A stretch of 64,000 nucleotides of DNA. Origin: Burkholderiales bacterium UBA4615. GTDB lineage: Bacteria > Pseudomonadota > Gammaproteobacteria > Burkholderiales > Burkholderiaceae_E. Below, piece by piece: positions 1 through 8,994 of this stretch. The first letter of the stretch is position 1. The number at the start of each line of letters is the position of its first letter. Below the pieces are notes generated by a model that searched no databases, was not told where the DNA came from, and saw only the letters and a list, made by a program, of their open reading frames with translations. Location of the stretch: assembly GCA_002386465.1 (NCBI GenBank), contig DGIT01000140.1, positions 89,354-153,353 on the forward strand. Reading direction: 5' to 3'. Made by a program: the position numbers and the translations under genes.

Positions 1-2
1 CG

Positions 3-1181
3 CGAGTGCAGCGTTTCACGGTCGACATCAACCCGACAAGCGGCGCGATCAGCAACTTCCAGATTCAGGAAACCATCAAGTTTCAGAGCAACGGATCGCT
101 GATCGCCGCAGGCAGCCTCAACGGCATCGCGCCCGGACTGTCTCCGAGTTCAGGGTCGACCGCCCAGCTTGGCTTGGCATTCGACCCGGAAGGCATTGTC
201 GTCAATCCCCGCAATGGCAATCTCATTGTCTCGGACGAGTACGGCCCGTCGGTCTATGAATTCAACCGGAGTGGCCAGCTGACCAAGGTCTTTGTGACCC
301 CGGACAACCTGATTCCGCGAAACGCCGGCAGCGGCACCGCTAACTTTGCAAGCGATGTCGGCAACAACGCCGGCAAGCGGACCAACCGCGGATTCGAAGG
401 GCTGGCGATCAGCCCGGACGGAAAACACACATACGCCATGCTGCAAAGCGCCATGCTGAACGAGGGCGGCGGCAGCGGCACCTACAACCGGATCGTGAAG
501 TTCGACACCGAGACCGGGCTGGCAGTCGCTCAGTACCTCTACAAAATGGAGGGCTCGTCGCAAGGCCGCGGCATCTCGGCGCTGGTGGCCATCGGCAACG
601 ACAAGTTCCTGGTTCTCGAGCGCAACAATCGTGGCGTAGGTGTTGGCGCGGACTTTGCAACCCAGAACAAGAAAGTCTTTGAAATCAGTCTGACGGGCGC
701 AACCGATGTCAGCGGCATCACGGTCACAGGCGGCACCCTGCCTGGGGGCGTAGTCACTGTCAGCAAGGTCAGCACCCCGTTCATCGATCTGGGCGCCAAC
801 ACGCTCGCAGCATTTGGCAACAAGGTGGCAGAGAAGTGGGAGGGCCTGGCATTCGGCCCACAACTGGCCGATGGCAGCTTCGTGATGCTGGCTGGCACTG
901 ACAATGACTACAGCGTGACTCAGAACGCAAACGGTCAGCAGTTCGACGTGTATTTCCGGTTTTCTGACGCGGATCCTTACGGGATGAGTATTCAGTGCCC
1001 TCTGGACACCAAGACAAACTGCTTCTTCACGTCCAACAGCGCATCGGCGACCCTGACCGCAGAGTATTCGCTGCTGCCCGGATTGCTCTACGCCTACAAG
1101 GTGCCCACGCCAGCCACCACTGGATTGCTCGCTCTCGGGCTGTTGAGCGTGCTCGCGGCCAGCCGCGCGCGCAAACACTGA
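3..1181 (+). CDS. Phytase-like (esterase-like) secreted protein with C-terminal PEP-CTERM sorting signal; 5' end truncated by window edge
   Basis: The frame is open back to the window edge and there is no signal peptide after the GTG at 6. RGFEGLAISPDGK and repeated beta-propeller-like segments fit the phytase-like family (from memory). The C-terminus VPTPATTGLLALGLLSVLAASRARKH has a P-x-P motif, a hydrophobic helix and a basic tail. Confidence 0.7.
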   Translation, partial: RVQRFTVDINPTSGAISNFQIQETIKFQSNGSLIAAGSLNGIAPGLSPSSGSTAQLGLAFDPEGIVVNPRNGNLIVSDEYGPSVYEFNRSGQLTKVFVTPDNLIPRNAGSGTANFASDVGNNAGKRTNRGFEGLAISPDGKHTYAMLQSAMLNEGGGSGTYNRIVKFDTETGLAVAQYLYKMEGSSQGRGISALVAIGNDKFLVLERNNRGVGVGADFATQNKKVFEISLTGATDVSGITVTGGTLPGGVVTVSKVSTPFIDLGANTLAAFGNKVAEKWEGLAFGPQLADGSFVMLAGTDNDYSVTQNANGQQFDVYFRFSDADPYGMSIQCPLDTKTNCFFTSNSASATLTAEYSLLPGLLYAYKVPTPATTGLLALGLLSVLAASRARKH

Positions 1182-1442
1182 TCGTCTGCTGAACCCCGCT
1201 GGCCTGTCGCCCCACTCGCGCACAGCCCAGCGGCTGGCTCAAAGCCCCACGCATGCCGTGGGCAGCGCGGAGGATTCCGCAAACCAGAACGCTTTGTGCC
1301 CGACGACTGATGGCTTTCACGTAGCGAGTCTGATGAGATGGGCACGTGCAATCGTGGACAAACTCATCGGCCGGCGAGCCGCTTGTTTGCCATGAGTTTG
1401 TGCCGAAGGCGAGCTTTGCGCCTAGGTCTGTATGAAGAGAGA

Positions 1443-1518
1443 TGGTGCCCCCGGACGGAATCGAACCGCCGACCTTCGGTTTACAAAACCGCTGCTCTAC
1501 CAGCTGAGCTACAAGGGC
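1443..1518 (-). tRNA. tRNA-Thr (anticodon UGU), CCA encoded
   Basis: Minus strand reads GCCCTTGTAGCTCAGCTGGTAGAGCAGCGGTTTTGTAAACCGAAGGTCGGCGGTTCGATTCCGTCCGGGGGCACCA. It has a 7-bp acceptor stem, a GTTCGATTC T-arm and the anticodon loop TTTGTAA. Length is 76 nt. Confidence 0.9.
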
Positions 1519-1566
1519 AAAAAAGAAAGAGCTGCACGGTGATGCGAACGAACTGTTCCGTGCAAG
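1519..1566 (-). terminator. Putative intrinsic terminator after sspB, directly abutting the tRNA-Thr 5' end
   Basis: Minus strand: TGCACGG, an 18-nt loop, CCGTGCA, then GCTCTTTCTTTTTT. The tRNA follows immediately. The large loop lowers confidence. Confidence 0.45.
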
Positions 1567-1604
1567 CCTCGATTCTAAACTGCCGCGAGGCCTGAACAGC
1601 AGCG

Positions 1605-2171
1605 CTACTTCACGCGTGTCAGCTTTGGACGACCACCCTTCGGTGCGCTCGGGTCAGGCACAGGAGGATCACCGGTACGTGATTCGGCTGGTGTACTCGG
1701 GACCGATGCGAGCGTATGTGGCGCATGAGACGAAGCCCCCGATCCCCTCTCGCCCCCGGCCGTCGCGGAGTCCTCGTCGCCGGCAAGACTGAGCTGGACC
1801 CCAGCAGGCTCGGCGCCTGCGTTGGGATCTTCAAGCACAGCAGGGGCCTTGGGCACTTCGAAGGCCATGCCATGTCCGTTTTCGCGGGCATAGATCGCCG
1901 AGACGTTTTCGACCGGGATGGACAGGTCACGTGCCACGCCACTGAAGCGCGCCTGGAACGTGATCAGGTCATTGCCCATCTGCAGCCGCCCCGTGGCACC
2001 GTGCGAGACATTGAGCACAATCTCGCCGGCTTTGACATGCTCACGCGGCACGATGGTGCGTTCATCCACGCTCACAGCCAGATACGGCGTGAAACCATTG
2101 TCGGTACACCATTCGTGCAGCGCCCGAATGAAGTACGGCTTGGTCGAAGAGGGCTCGGATGAATCGGTCAT
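1605..2171 (-). CDS. sspB: Stringent starvation protein B (ClpXP adaptor SspB)
   Basis: N-terminus KPYFIRALHEWCTDNGFTPYLAVSVD...VLNVSHGATGRLQMGNDLITFQARFSG is the conserved SspB fold, followed by a disordered acidic/Pro-rich tail. It lies directly downstream of sspA. Confidence 0.9.
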   Translation of the reverse strand: MTDSSEPSSTKPYFIRALHEWCTDNGFTPYLAVSVDERTIVPREHVKAGEIVLNVSHGATGRLQMGNDLITFQARFSGVARDLSIPVENVSAIYARENGHGMAFEVPKAPAVLEDPNAGAEPAGVQLSLAGDEDSATAGGERGSGASSHAPHTLASVPSTPAESRTGDPPVPDPSAPKGGRPKLTRVK

Positions 2172-2213
2172 GGCCGGTCTTCAGAAAGAGGCTTGCAGCA
2201 GCGAGCGTGGCGC

Positions 2214-2828
2214 TCAGCGGCGCATCACTTTCTCGGACGGCGTGAGCGCCTCGATGTACGCCGGACGCGAGAAGATCCGCTCGGCATATTTCATGAGCGG
2301 TGCAGCCGTCTTGGGCATCTCGATCGAGTAATGGTCCAGGCGCCAGAGCAGCGGGGCAATGGCCACGTCGAGCATCGAGAAGTCCTCGCCCAGCATGAAC
2401 TTGTTCTTGATGAAGATCGGTGTGAGCTGCGTGAGACGGTCGCGGATCTGCTGGCGTGCACGCTCCATCAGCTTGGCGCTGTCCTTGCTGTGGTCCCGAC
2501 GCTCGAGCTGCTGCACATGCACGAAGAGCTCGCGCTCGAAGTTGAACAGGAACAGGCGGGCGCGCGCGCGCATGACCGGGTCGGCCGGCATGAGCTGCGG
2601 GTGCGGGAAACGCTCGTCGATGTACTCGTTGATGATGTTCGATTCGTACAGGATCAGATCGCGCTCGACCAGGATGGGCACCTGGCCGTAAGGATTCATG
2701 ATCGAGATGTCTTCGGGCTTGTTGTAGAGATCGACATCGCGAATCTCGAAGTCCATGCCCTTTTCAAACAGCACGAAGCGGCAGCGTTGGCTGAACGGGC
2801 AGGTCGTACCCGAATACAGGACCATCAT
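2214..2828 (-). CDS. sspA: Stringent starvation protein A (GST-like)
   Basis: MVLYSGTTCPFSQRCRFVLFEKGMDFEIRDVDLYNKPEDISIMNPYGQVPILVERDLILYESNIINEYIDERFPHPQLMP is the canonical SspA N-terminal thioredoxin-like domain. It forms the usual sspA-sspB pair. Confidence 0.92.
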   Translation of the reverse strand: MMVLYSGTTCPFSQRCRFVLFEKGMDFEIRDVDLYNKPEDISIMNPYGQVPILVERDLILYESNIINEYIDERFPHPQLMPADPVMRARARLFLFNFERELFVHVQQLERRDHSKDSAKLMERARQQIRDRLTQLTPIFIKNKFMLGEDFSMLDVAIAPLLWRLDHYSIEMPKTAAPLMKYAERIFSRPAYIEALTPSEKVMRR

Positions 2829-2887
2829 GGGCGTCGCTCCTCAATGTGTGGGGCCGCAATACAGCATGCGCGCCCTGGGTCAAACGG

Positions 2888-2914
2888 CACAGGGTGCCCG
2901 TCGGACACCCTGTG
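2888..2914 (-). terminator. Perfect 9-bp hairpin between petC and sspA (putative bc1-operon terminator)
   Basis: CACAGGGTG, a 9-nt loop, CACCCTGTG. On the minus strand it is followed by CCGTTTGAC, a weak U-tract. A 14-nt perfect palindrome ATGCGGCGCCGCAT lies at 2924-2937. Confidence 0.45.
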
Positions 2915-2969
2915 AAACCGGTCATGCGGCGCCGCATTGAAACACGGCGCTGCGATCAACCGGCGTGGA

Positions 2970-3887
2970 TTACTTGATGTCTTTCCAGTACTCGCGGTTC
3001 AACCACCATGCCAGCAGCGAGAAGATCGACAGGAAGATCAGCACCCAGGTCCCCAGGCGCACCCGGGTCTTGGCCGATGGGTCGGCCATGTAGGTGAGAT
3101 AGGCGGTGAGGTCGGCGATTTGCCCGTCGTACTCGGCCTGACTGAGCTTTCCGCCGGTGGCTGCGGTGAGCTTGATATCGGTGCCTTCGTGCGGATGGCC
3201 TTCGGTGATCTTCTCGGTTCTTTCAGTGCGGGCGCCATCAGTGCCATAGCTGATGAGGGTGCGGGCAAACGCATGCGCGCCGCCAGCGGTCTCATCCTTG
3301 ACCGGCTTGATTTCTTCGATATCGGCGCCACGCGAGCCTTGCAGCTCCCACAACACATGCGGCATGCCCACGTTCGGGAAGATCGCGTTGTTCCAGCCGG
3401 TTGCACGGGTGGAATCGCGATAGAAGCTGCGCAGATAGGTGTAGAGCCAGTCCGAGCCTGAACCCGAGCCGGATGCACGCGCACGCGCATTGACCGACAG
3501 GTCGGGAGGCAGCGCGCCGAACCAGGCTTTGGCATCGGCCGGGGCCATGGCGATGCGCATGGTGTCGCCCACCTTGGTGCCGGTAAACAGCAGGTTGTCC
3601 TTGATCTGGGCTTCGTTCAGGCCAAGGTCGGTCAGGCGGTTGTAGCGCATCAGTTGCGCGCTGTGGCAGCCCAGACAGTAATTCACGAAGAGCTTGGCGC
3701 CGTTTTGCAGCGACCCTTCGTCGTTGAGCTTCTCAGTCGGAAAACGGTCGAGGCGCACTGCTTCGCCCGAAGCCAGCGCCGCCGTGGGCGCCAGCGTGAA
3801 CACGCAGGTCGTCAGTGCGACATACAGGCTCGCTGCCAGGCGCCGAGCCAGACGGGAACCAATGTGTGCGGAGATGCGATCAATCAT
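2970..3887 (-). CDS. petC: Cytochrome c1 (ubiquinol-cytochrome c reductase subunit)
   Basis: CLGCHS haem-binding motif, N-terminal signal (MIDRISAHIGSRLARRL...ALASGE) and a C-terminal TM helix (WVLIFLSIFSLLAWWL). The start was moved to ATG 3887, downstream of the petB stop. It is the third gene of petABC. Confidence 0.88.
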   Translation of the reverse strand: MIDRISAHIGSRLARRLAASLYVALTTCVFTLAPTAALASGEAVRLDRFPTEKLNDEGSLQNGAKLFVNYCLGCHSAQLMRYNRLTDLGLNEAQIKDNLLFTGTKVGDTMRIAMAPADAKAWFGALPPDLSVNARARASGSGSGSDWLYTYLRSFYRDSTRATGWNNAIFPNVGMPHVLWELQGSRGADIEEIKPVKDETAGGAHAFARTLISYGTDGARTERTEKITEGHPHEGTDIKLTAATGGKLSQAEYDGQIADLTAYLTYMADPSAKTRVRLGTWVLIFLSIFSLLAWWLNREYWKDIK

Positions 3888-3924
3888 GGGGAAGTCCTGG
3901 TCAGAGTGCGGTCCGTGAGCGGGC

Positions 3925-5313
3925 TCAGTGCGGGGCAAAGTTGACCCGATCCGGCACGGGCTTGGACTCGCCCATGGCACTCCACCAGGGCATGAACAGG
4001 AAAAACGCGAAGTACAGCAGCGTGCAGGCCTGAGAGATGCGCTCGCCAATCATCGACGGCGCCTGAACCCCAAAATAGCCCAGCACGATGAAGACCACGA
4101 CAAAGAGGGCGTAGATGTACTTGTGCCAGTCGGGACGGTAGCGAATCGACTTCACAGGGCTGTTGTCGATCCAGGGCATGGCAAAGAAGATCAGGACCGA
4201 CACGCCCATGGCCACTACGCCCCAGAACTTGGCGTCGAGCACCAGGAAACCAACCACCAGCGCGCCCACGGCCAATGTAGCGATCAGCTTGGAGAGCGGG
4301 CGCGTCTTGCTCATCCAGACCACAGCCAGGTAGAAGAGCAGGAACGGTATCAGGCCCCAGGTCAGGAACTCACTGGTGATGGCACGCAGGATGGAGTAGT
4401 ACGGCGTGAAATACCAGACCGGTGCAATGTGCGCCGGCGTCTTGAGCGGGTCGGCCGGAATGAAGTTGTTGAACTCAAGGAAGTAGCCGCCCATTTCGGG
4501 GGCAAAGAAAATCACCGCCGAAAACGCCAGCAGAAAGACGCTGACGCCGAGGATGTCATGCACGGTGTAATACGGGTGGAACGGAATGCCGTCCAAAGGA
4601 CGCCCTTGCGCGTCTTTCTTGGCCTTGATCTCGACGCCGTCAGGGTTGTTTGAGCCGACTTCATGCAGCGCCAGGATGTGCGCCACCACCAGGCCGAGCA
4701 GCACCAGCGGAATGGCGATCACGTGAAAAGCGAAGAACCGGTTCAGGGTGGCATCGCCCACGACATAGTCGCCGCGGATCCAGACTGAGAGCTCCGGCCC
4801 GATGATCGGGATGGCCGAGAACAGGTTCACGATCACCTGCGCGCCCCAGTACGACATCTGTCCCCAGGGCAGGAGGTAGCCAAAGAAGGCTTCGGCCATC
4901 AGCACCAGAAAGATCAGGCAGCCGAAGATCCAGAGCAGTTCACGCGGCTTGCGGTACGAGCCGTACATGAGCCCGCGGAACATGTGCAGGTACACGACGA
5001 TGAAGAACGCCGAAGCGCCCGTGGAGTGCATGTAGCGCACCAGCCAGCCCCAGGGCACGTCGCGCATGATGTACTCGACCGACTCGAACGCACGTTGCGC
5101 GTCGGGCTTGTAATGCATGGTGAGGAAGATGCCGGTGACGATCTGGATCACCAGCACCAGCATGGCCAGCGAGCCAAAGAAGTACCAGAAGTTGAAGTTC
5201 TTGGGCGCGTAGTACTCGGACAGGTGCGCCTTGTAATTCGCGGTCAGGGGAAACCGCTGGTCGATCCAGCCGAGCAGGCCGGTGGTTTCGATCTTCTTGT
5301 CTGCTGCTGCCAT
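3925..5313 (-). CDS. petB: Cytochrome b
   Basis: LGWIDQRFPL...NFNFWYFFGSLA...MRDVPWGWLVRYMHSTGASAFF is typical cytochrome b. ATG 5313 is preceded by GGAG; an alternative in-frame start lies at 5331. Confidence 0.93.
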   Translation of the reverse strand: MAAADKKIETTGLLGWIDQRFPLTANYKAHLSEYYAPKNFNFWYFFGSLAMLVLVIQIVTGIFLTMHYKPDAQRAFESVEYIMRDVPWGWLVRYMHSTGASAFFIVVYLHMFRGLMYGSYRKPRELLWIFGCLIFLVLMAEAFFGYLLPWGQMSYWGAQVIVNLFSAIPIIGPELSVWIRGDYVVGDATLNRFFAFHVIAIPLVLLGLVVAHILALHEVGSNNPDGVEIKAKKDAQGRPLDGIPFHPYYTVHDILGVSVFLLAFSAVIFFAPEMGGYFLEFNNFIPADPLKTPAHIAPVWYFTPYYSILRAITSEFLTWGLIPFLLFYLAVVWMSKTRPLSKLIATLAVGALVVGFLVLDAKFWGVVAMGVSVLIFFAMPWIDNSPVKSIRYRPDWHKYIYALFVVVFIVLGYFGVQAPSMIGERISQACTLLYFAFFLFMPWWSAMGESKPVPDRVNFAPH

Positions 5314-5419
5314 CGAAAAACTCCAGGACACTCTTTTGTTCTTGCTCGCGCCCGATCGGTGCCAGGCGCTGCGATTCGGATCATGTGGCTGCGCGAACCC
5401 CAGGGGTGCGCAGCGTCGG

Positions 5420-6049
5420 TCAGGCCTTCTTGTCTTCGCCGATCAGAAGACGGGTGTCGGACAGGTAGGTATGCGGGGGCACATCGAGGTTGGCATTGGC
5501 CGGCTTGTTCTTGAATACCCGCCCAGCCATGTCGAACGTCGAGCCATGGCAGGGGCACAGGAACCCGCCCTGCCAGTCTTCGGGCAGAGAGGGCTGAGCG
5601 CCCGGCGTGAACTTGTCGCTCGGCGAACAACCCAGGTGAGAGCAGATGCCGACCACGACCAGGTATTCCGGCTTGATCGAACGCGCCTGGTTCTTGGCGT
5701 AATCGGGCATGGCGAACTGGTAGGGTTTGCTCGAATCGGGGTCCAGCACATGAGGCTCGGTCTTTTTCAGCGACTCGAGCATCTCGGGCGTGCGACGTAC
5801 GATCCAGACTGGGTTGCCGCGCCATTCGACGCGGCGCAGATCACCGGGCACCATGCCCGAAATGTCTGCCTCGACCGGCGCTCCAGCGGCCTTTGCACGC
5901 TCGGAGGGCTGAAAGGTGCTGATGAGCGGGATGGCGCAAGCAGCGGCACCCACTGCGCCTACTGCAGCCGTGGTGACCAGAGCGGCGCGGCGGGACGGTT
6001 CAGTGGGCAGCAGACTCGGAGCGGACAGGCTCGAGGTGGTGTTAGCCAT
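5420..6049 (-). CDS. petA: Ubiquinol-cytochrome c reductase Rieske iron-sulfur subunit
   Basis: Rieske boxes CSHLGC and CPCHGS are present, with an N-terminal SRRAAL Tat-like motif. The start was set to ATG 6049 (MANTTSS). Confidence 0.9.
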   Translation of the reverse strand: MANTTSSLSAPSLLPTEPSRRAALVTTAAVGAVGAAACAIPLISTFQPSERAKAAGAPVEADISGMVPGDLRRVEWRGNPVWIVRRTPEMLESLKKTEPHVLDPDSSKPYQFAMPDYAKNQARSIKPEYLVVVGICSHLGCSPSDKFTPGAQPSLPEDWQGGFLCPCHGSTFDMAGRVFKNKPANANLDVPPHTYLSDTRLLIGEDKKA

Positions 6050-6302
6050 GAAGACCTCGGAGAAAACAGCAACGGAACGAAGCGACCAATTCACCGCGCA
6101 CTGCCGGGGTGTCAGGACACACCGTTCCAGGCTCGCAGCATCGATCACACGCAACACGCCCCTGATACAGGCGGTGGGGCACGAGAACCCTGAATTCTAG
6201 CCGTTTATTGCGGCACTGCAAAAAGCAGACCGGAGACCGAGGGCAATTGGCCGAACCGGTGATACCTTCCATTTCCCACATGAAGACTTGGAGCATCCAT
6301 TC

Positions 6303-6749
6303 ATGAGCCTGATGTCCGAATTCAAGACCTTCGCGGTCAAGGGCAATGCGATCGACCTCGCCGTGGGCGTCATCATCGGCGCAGCCTTCGGCAAGATCGT
6401 CGATTCGCTGGTCAATGATCTGATCATGCCGATCATCGCCCGCCTGCTTGGCGGCAAGTTTGATTTCAGCAATCTTTACGTGCTTCTGGGCGAAATCCCG
6501 GCTGGCACCCCGAACACCCTCGATGCACTCAAGAAGGCCGGCGTACCGGTGTTTGCCTGGGGCAGTTTCCTGACCATCCTGATCAATTTCATCCTGATGG
6601 CGTTCGTGATCTTCATGCTGGTCAGGTATCTGAACAAGGTGAAGGACACTGTCCTGGGCGAGGAAGCTGCTGCCGCGCCTGCCGCCCCGCCGGCTACAGA
6701 AGTTCTGCTCGCCGAGATTCGCGACGAGCTGAAAAAGCGCGCCGTCTAA
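6303..6749 (+). CDS. mscL: Large-conductance mechanosensitive channel
   Basis: [45 protein letters not shown] is nearly collinear with E. coli MscL. A GGAG lies upstream of ATG 6303. Confidence 0.92.
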   Translation: MSLMSEFKTFAVKGNAIDLAVGVIIGAAFGKIVDSLVNDLIMPIIARLLGGKFDFSNLYVLLGEIPAGTPNTLDALKKAGVPVFAWGSFLTILINFILMAFVIFMLVRYLNKVKDTVLGEEAAAAPAAPPATEVLLAEIRDELKKRAV

Positions 6750-6961
6750 GGACATGCCGCGCCGTCCCATGGGCGGCGGCGGCTCGACAGGCCAGGGCGG
6801 CGGGTCAGCGCATGGCCTGGTCGGCCTGGTCGATCTGCTCACGTCTTGGTGCAAGCACTGCTTGGCCAACCGTGCGTTGCCCCGCCGGTTTGAGCGGGAG
6901 GTGAAGTGGGCAGTGGAGTGTGCGCTGAACCGGCCGCGGATCCGGACGGCACGGCATGCGC

Positions 6962-7708
6962 TCAGACCGGGTTCGGGTCGTCGATGAAGACCACTTCAAT
7001 GCCGAACTGCTCGGCCACCCGCGCGCCCAGCGCCTGCACGCCATAGCGCTCGGTCGCATGATGGCCGGCGCTGGCGTAGATCACGCCGGCCTCGCGCGCC
7101 AGATGCGTGGTGCGCTCGCTGATCTCGCCGCTCACAAACGCGTCTGCACCGGCATCGATAGCCTGCGACAGAAAATCGTGTGCGGCACCGGTGCACCAGG
7201 CGATGCGCCGGATGGGACGGTCCAGCGCGCCGACCAGCAGCGGCTTGCGTGCCAGGCGTCGTTGCAGCAGGCGGCTCAACGCCGTCGCATCTAAGGGCAT
7301 AGGCAGCGTGGCCATCCGGATCAGGCCCTGGCGCCCGAACGGCTCGCCCACAGGCCAACCCAGATGGCGCGCCAGCGCCACGTTGTTGCCGACCTCCGCA
7401 TGCACATCGAGCGGCAGGTGGTAGGCAAACAGACTCATGCCTGAGGACATCAATGCGCTCAGGCGTGCATGGCGTGCGCCGGTCACACAGAGATCCTCGC
7501 CGCGCCAGAACCAGCCGTGATGCACCAGCAGCGCCTGCGCACCGGATTGCGCAGCCGCCTGCACGAAGGCAAGGCTTGCGGTGACACCGCACGCCAGCTT
7601 TCGGATACGCACGCTGCCTTCCACCTGCAGGCCGTTTGGGCAATAATCCTCGGTGGCGCCGGGCTGCAGGCACGTGTTCAGCCAGCCCTCCAGAGCATGG
7701 CGCGTCAC
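6962..7708 (-). CDS. Nif3-like dinuclear metal centre protein (YbgI / GTP cyclohydrolase 1 type 2 homologue)
   Basis: DYCPNGLQVEG, ALLVHHGWFW, the AYHLPLD motifs and the C-terminal SAGHHATER are present. GTG 7708 gives about 248 aa, like YbgI. The longer ORF extends to 7774. Confidence 0.8.
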   Translation of the reverse strand: MTRHALEGWLNTCLQPGATEDYCPNGLQVEGSVRIRKLACGVTASLAFVQAAAQSGAQALLVHHGWFWRGEDLCVTGARHARLSALMSSGMSLFAYHLPLDVHAEVGNNVALARHLGWPVGEPFGRQGLIRMATLPMPLDATALSRLLQRRLARKPLLVGALDRPIRRIAWCTGAAHDFLSQAIDAGADAFVSGEISERTTHLAREAGVIYASAGHHATERYGVQALGARVAEQFGIEVVFIDDPNPV

Positions 7709-7791
7709 GCCTGCGGTGGTACGGACCGCCCTGCTGCGCGCCGCACGCCCGCCTCTCCCCTCAGATCCCTTCATTGTCCGCGGCTCCGCTC

Positions 7792-8967
7792 ATGCTCAAG
7801 AAGTTGTGGTTGACCTTTGCCCAGGCCGTCGCTGTGGCGCTTGCCCTGGTGTTTGTGATGGCCACACTCAAACCGCAGTGGCTGCCGGCGCGTCTGTCTG
7901 GTTCGACGTCAGGACAGACGCCTGCACCCGCTCAGGCTGCATCCGGACGGGATGCCGTGGCCGGCGCGTCGATTCTGTCATATGCCGATGCAGCCACCCG
8001 GGCCACTCCGGCCGTGGTGAACATCTACACCACCAAGGACAGCAGGCTGCCGCCCGATCATCCCTACCTCAACGATCCGATGTTTCGGCGGTTTTTCGGC
8101 GACCCGCAGCGCAGCCAGCCCACTTCGAGCCTGGGTTCTGGCGTGGTGGTGTCGCGCGAGGGCACGGTGCTCACCAACCATCATGTGATCGAAGGCGCCG
8201 ATGGTATTGAAGTGCTGTTCTCAGATGGGCGTCGCGCCCGGGCCAGCCTGGTCGGCTCCGACCCGGAGAGCGATCTGGCTGTCCTGAAAGTGGAGTTGCC
8301 CGATCTGGCCGCCATCGAGTTGGGTGACCCCGAGCAGGCGCGTATCGGCGACGTCGTGCTGGCGATCGGCAATCCCTTTGGCGTGGGGCAGACCGTCACC
8401 ATGGGGATCATTTCGGCGCTGGGGCGCACCCAGCTGGGCATCAACACGTTTGAAAATTTCATTCAGACCGATGCCGCGATCAACCCAGGCAATTCAGGCG
8501 GTGCGCTGGTCGACACGCACGGCCGGCTACTGGGCATCAACACCGCGATCTACTCGCGCACTGGCGGCTCCCTGGGGATTGGCTTTGCCATTCCCACCTC
8601 GACCGCGCGCAATGTGATGGATCAGATCCTGAAAAATGGCAGCGTGGTGCGCGGTTACATAGGGGTCGAGCCGCAGGATGTGACGCCCGAGCTGGCGCAG
8701 GCCTTCAAGCTGCCGCGCAAGGACGGCGCCATCATCGCCGGCATCATGCGCGGCGGGCCGGCGGACAAGGCCGGTGTGAAAACCGGCGACATACTGGTCG
8801 AGGTGGAAGGCAAGGCCATCCCCAACACGGCCACCATGCTCAACGTGATCGCACAGCTTGCCCCGGGAGCGAGCAGCCGCTTTACCTTCGTGCGCGACGG
8901 CAAGGAAATCGAGCTGCCCATTACGGTGGGCAAGCGGCCCAAACCCGGCGCACGGCAGGCCGAATAA
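7792..8967 (+). CDS. DegS/AlgW-type periplasmic serine endoprotease (S1C, single PDZ)
   Basis: N-terminal TM anchor; TNHHVIEGA (His), DLAVLKV (Asp) and GNSGGAL (Ser) form the catalytic triad. One C-terminal PDZ is present (GAIIAGIMRGGPADKAGVKTGDIL). ATG 7792 was chosen. Confidence 0.88.
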   Translation: MLKKLWLTFAQAVAVALALVFVMATLKPQWLPARLSGSTSGQTPAPAQAASGRDAVAGASILSYADAATRATPAVVNIYTTKDSRLPPDHPYLNDPMFRRFFGDPQRSQPTSSLGSGVVVSREGTVLTNHHVIEGADGIEVLFSDGRRARASLVGSDPESDLAVLKVELPDLAAIELGDPEQARIGDVVLAIGNPFGVGQTVTMGIISALGRTQLGINTFENFIQTDAAINPGNSGGALVDTHGRLLGINTAIYSRTGGSLGIGFAIPTSTARNVMDQILKNGSVVRGYIGVEPQDVTPELAQAFKLPRKDGAIIAGIMRGGPADKAGVKTGDILVEVEGKAIPNTATMLNVIAQLAPGASSRFTFVRDGKEIELPITVGKRPKPGARQAE

Positions 8968-8994
8968 CGCGGGCCGGCGGGCATCGGCACGCTT

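Noticed and set aside
150-1223. 357-aa minus-strand ORF antisense to the phytase-like gene
   Set aside because: It is Arg/Ala/Gly-rich with no recognisable motifs and lies wholly within a sense ORF that has clear family motifs and a sorting signal. This is the typical stop-poor antisense frame of GC-rich DNA.
1443-1518. Genomic island or prophage integrated at tRNA-Thr (and likewise at tRNA-Gln, 48101-48174)
   Set aside because: No integrase, recombinase or transposase follows either tRNA, and I saw no direct repeat of the tRNA 3' end. The flanking genes are conserved housekeeping blocks.
6208-6221. TTGCGGCACTGCAA, an FNR/CRP-like inverted repeat in the petA-mscL divergent region
   Set aside because: The half-sites TTGCG/TGCAA do not match the TTGAT-N4-ATCAA FNR consensus and the symmetry is imperfect. 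There is too little information to call a binding site.
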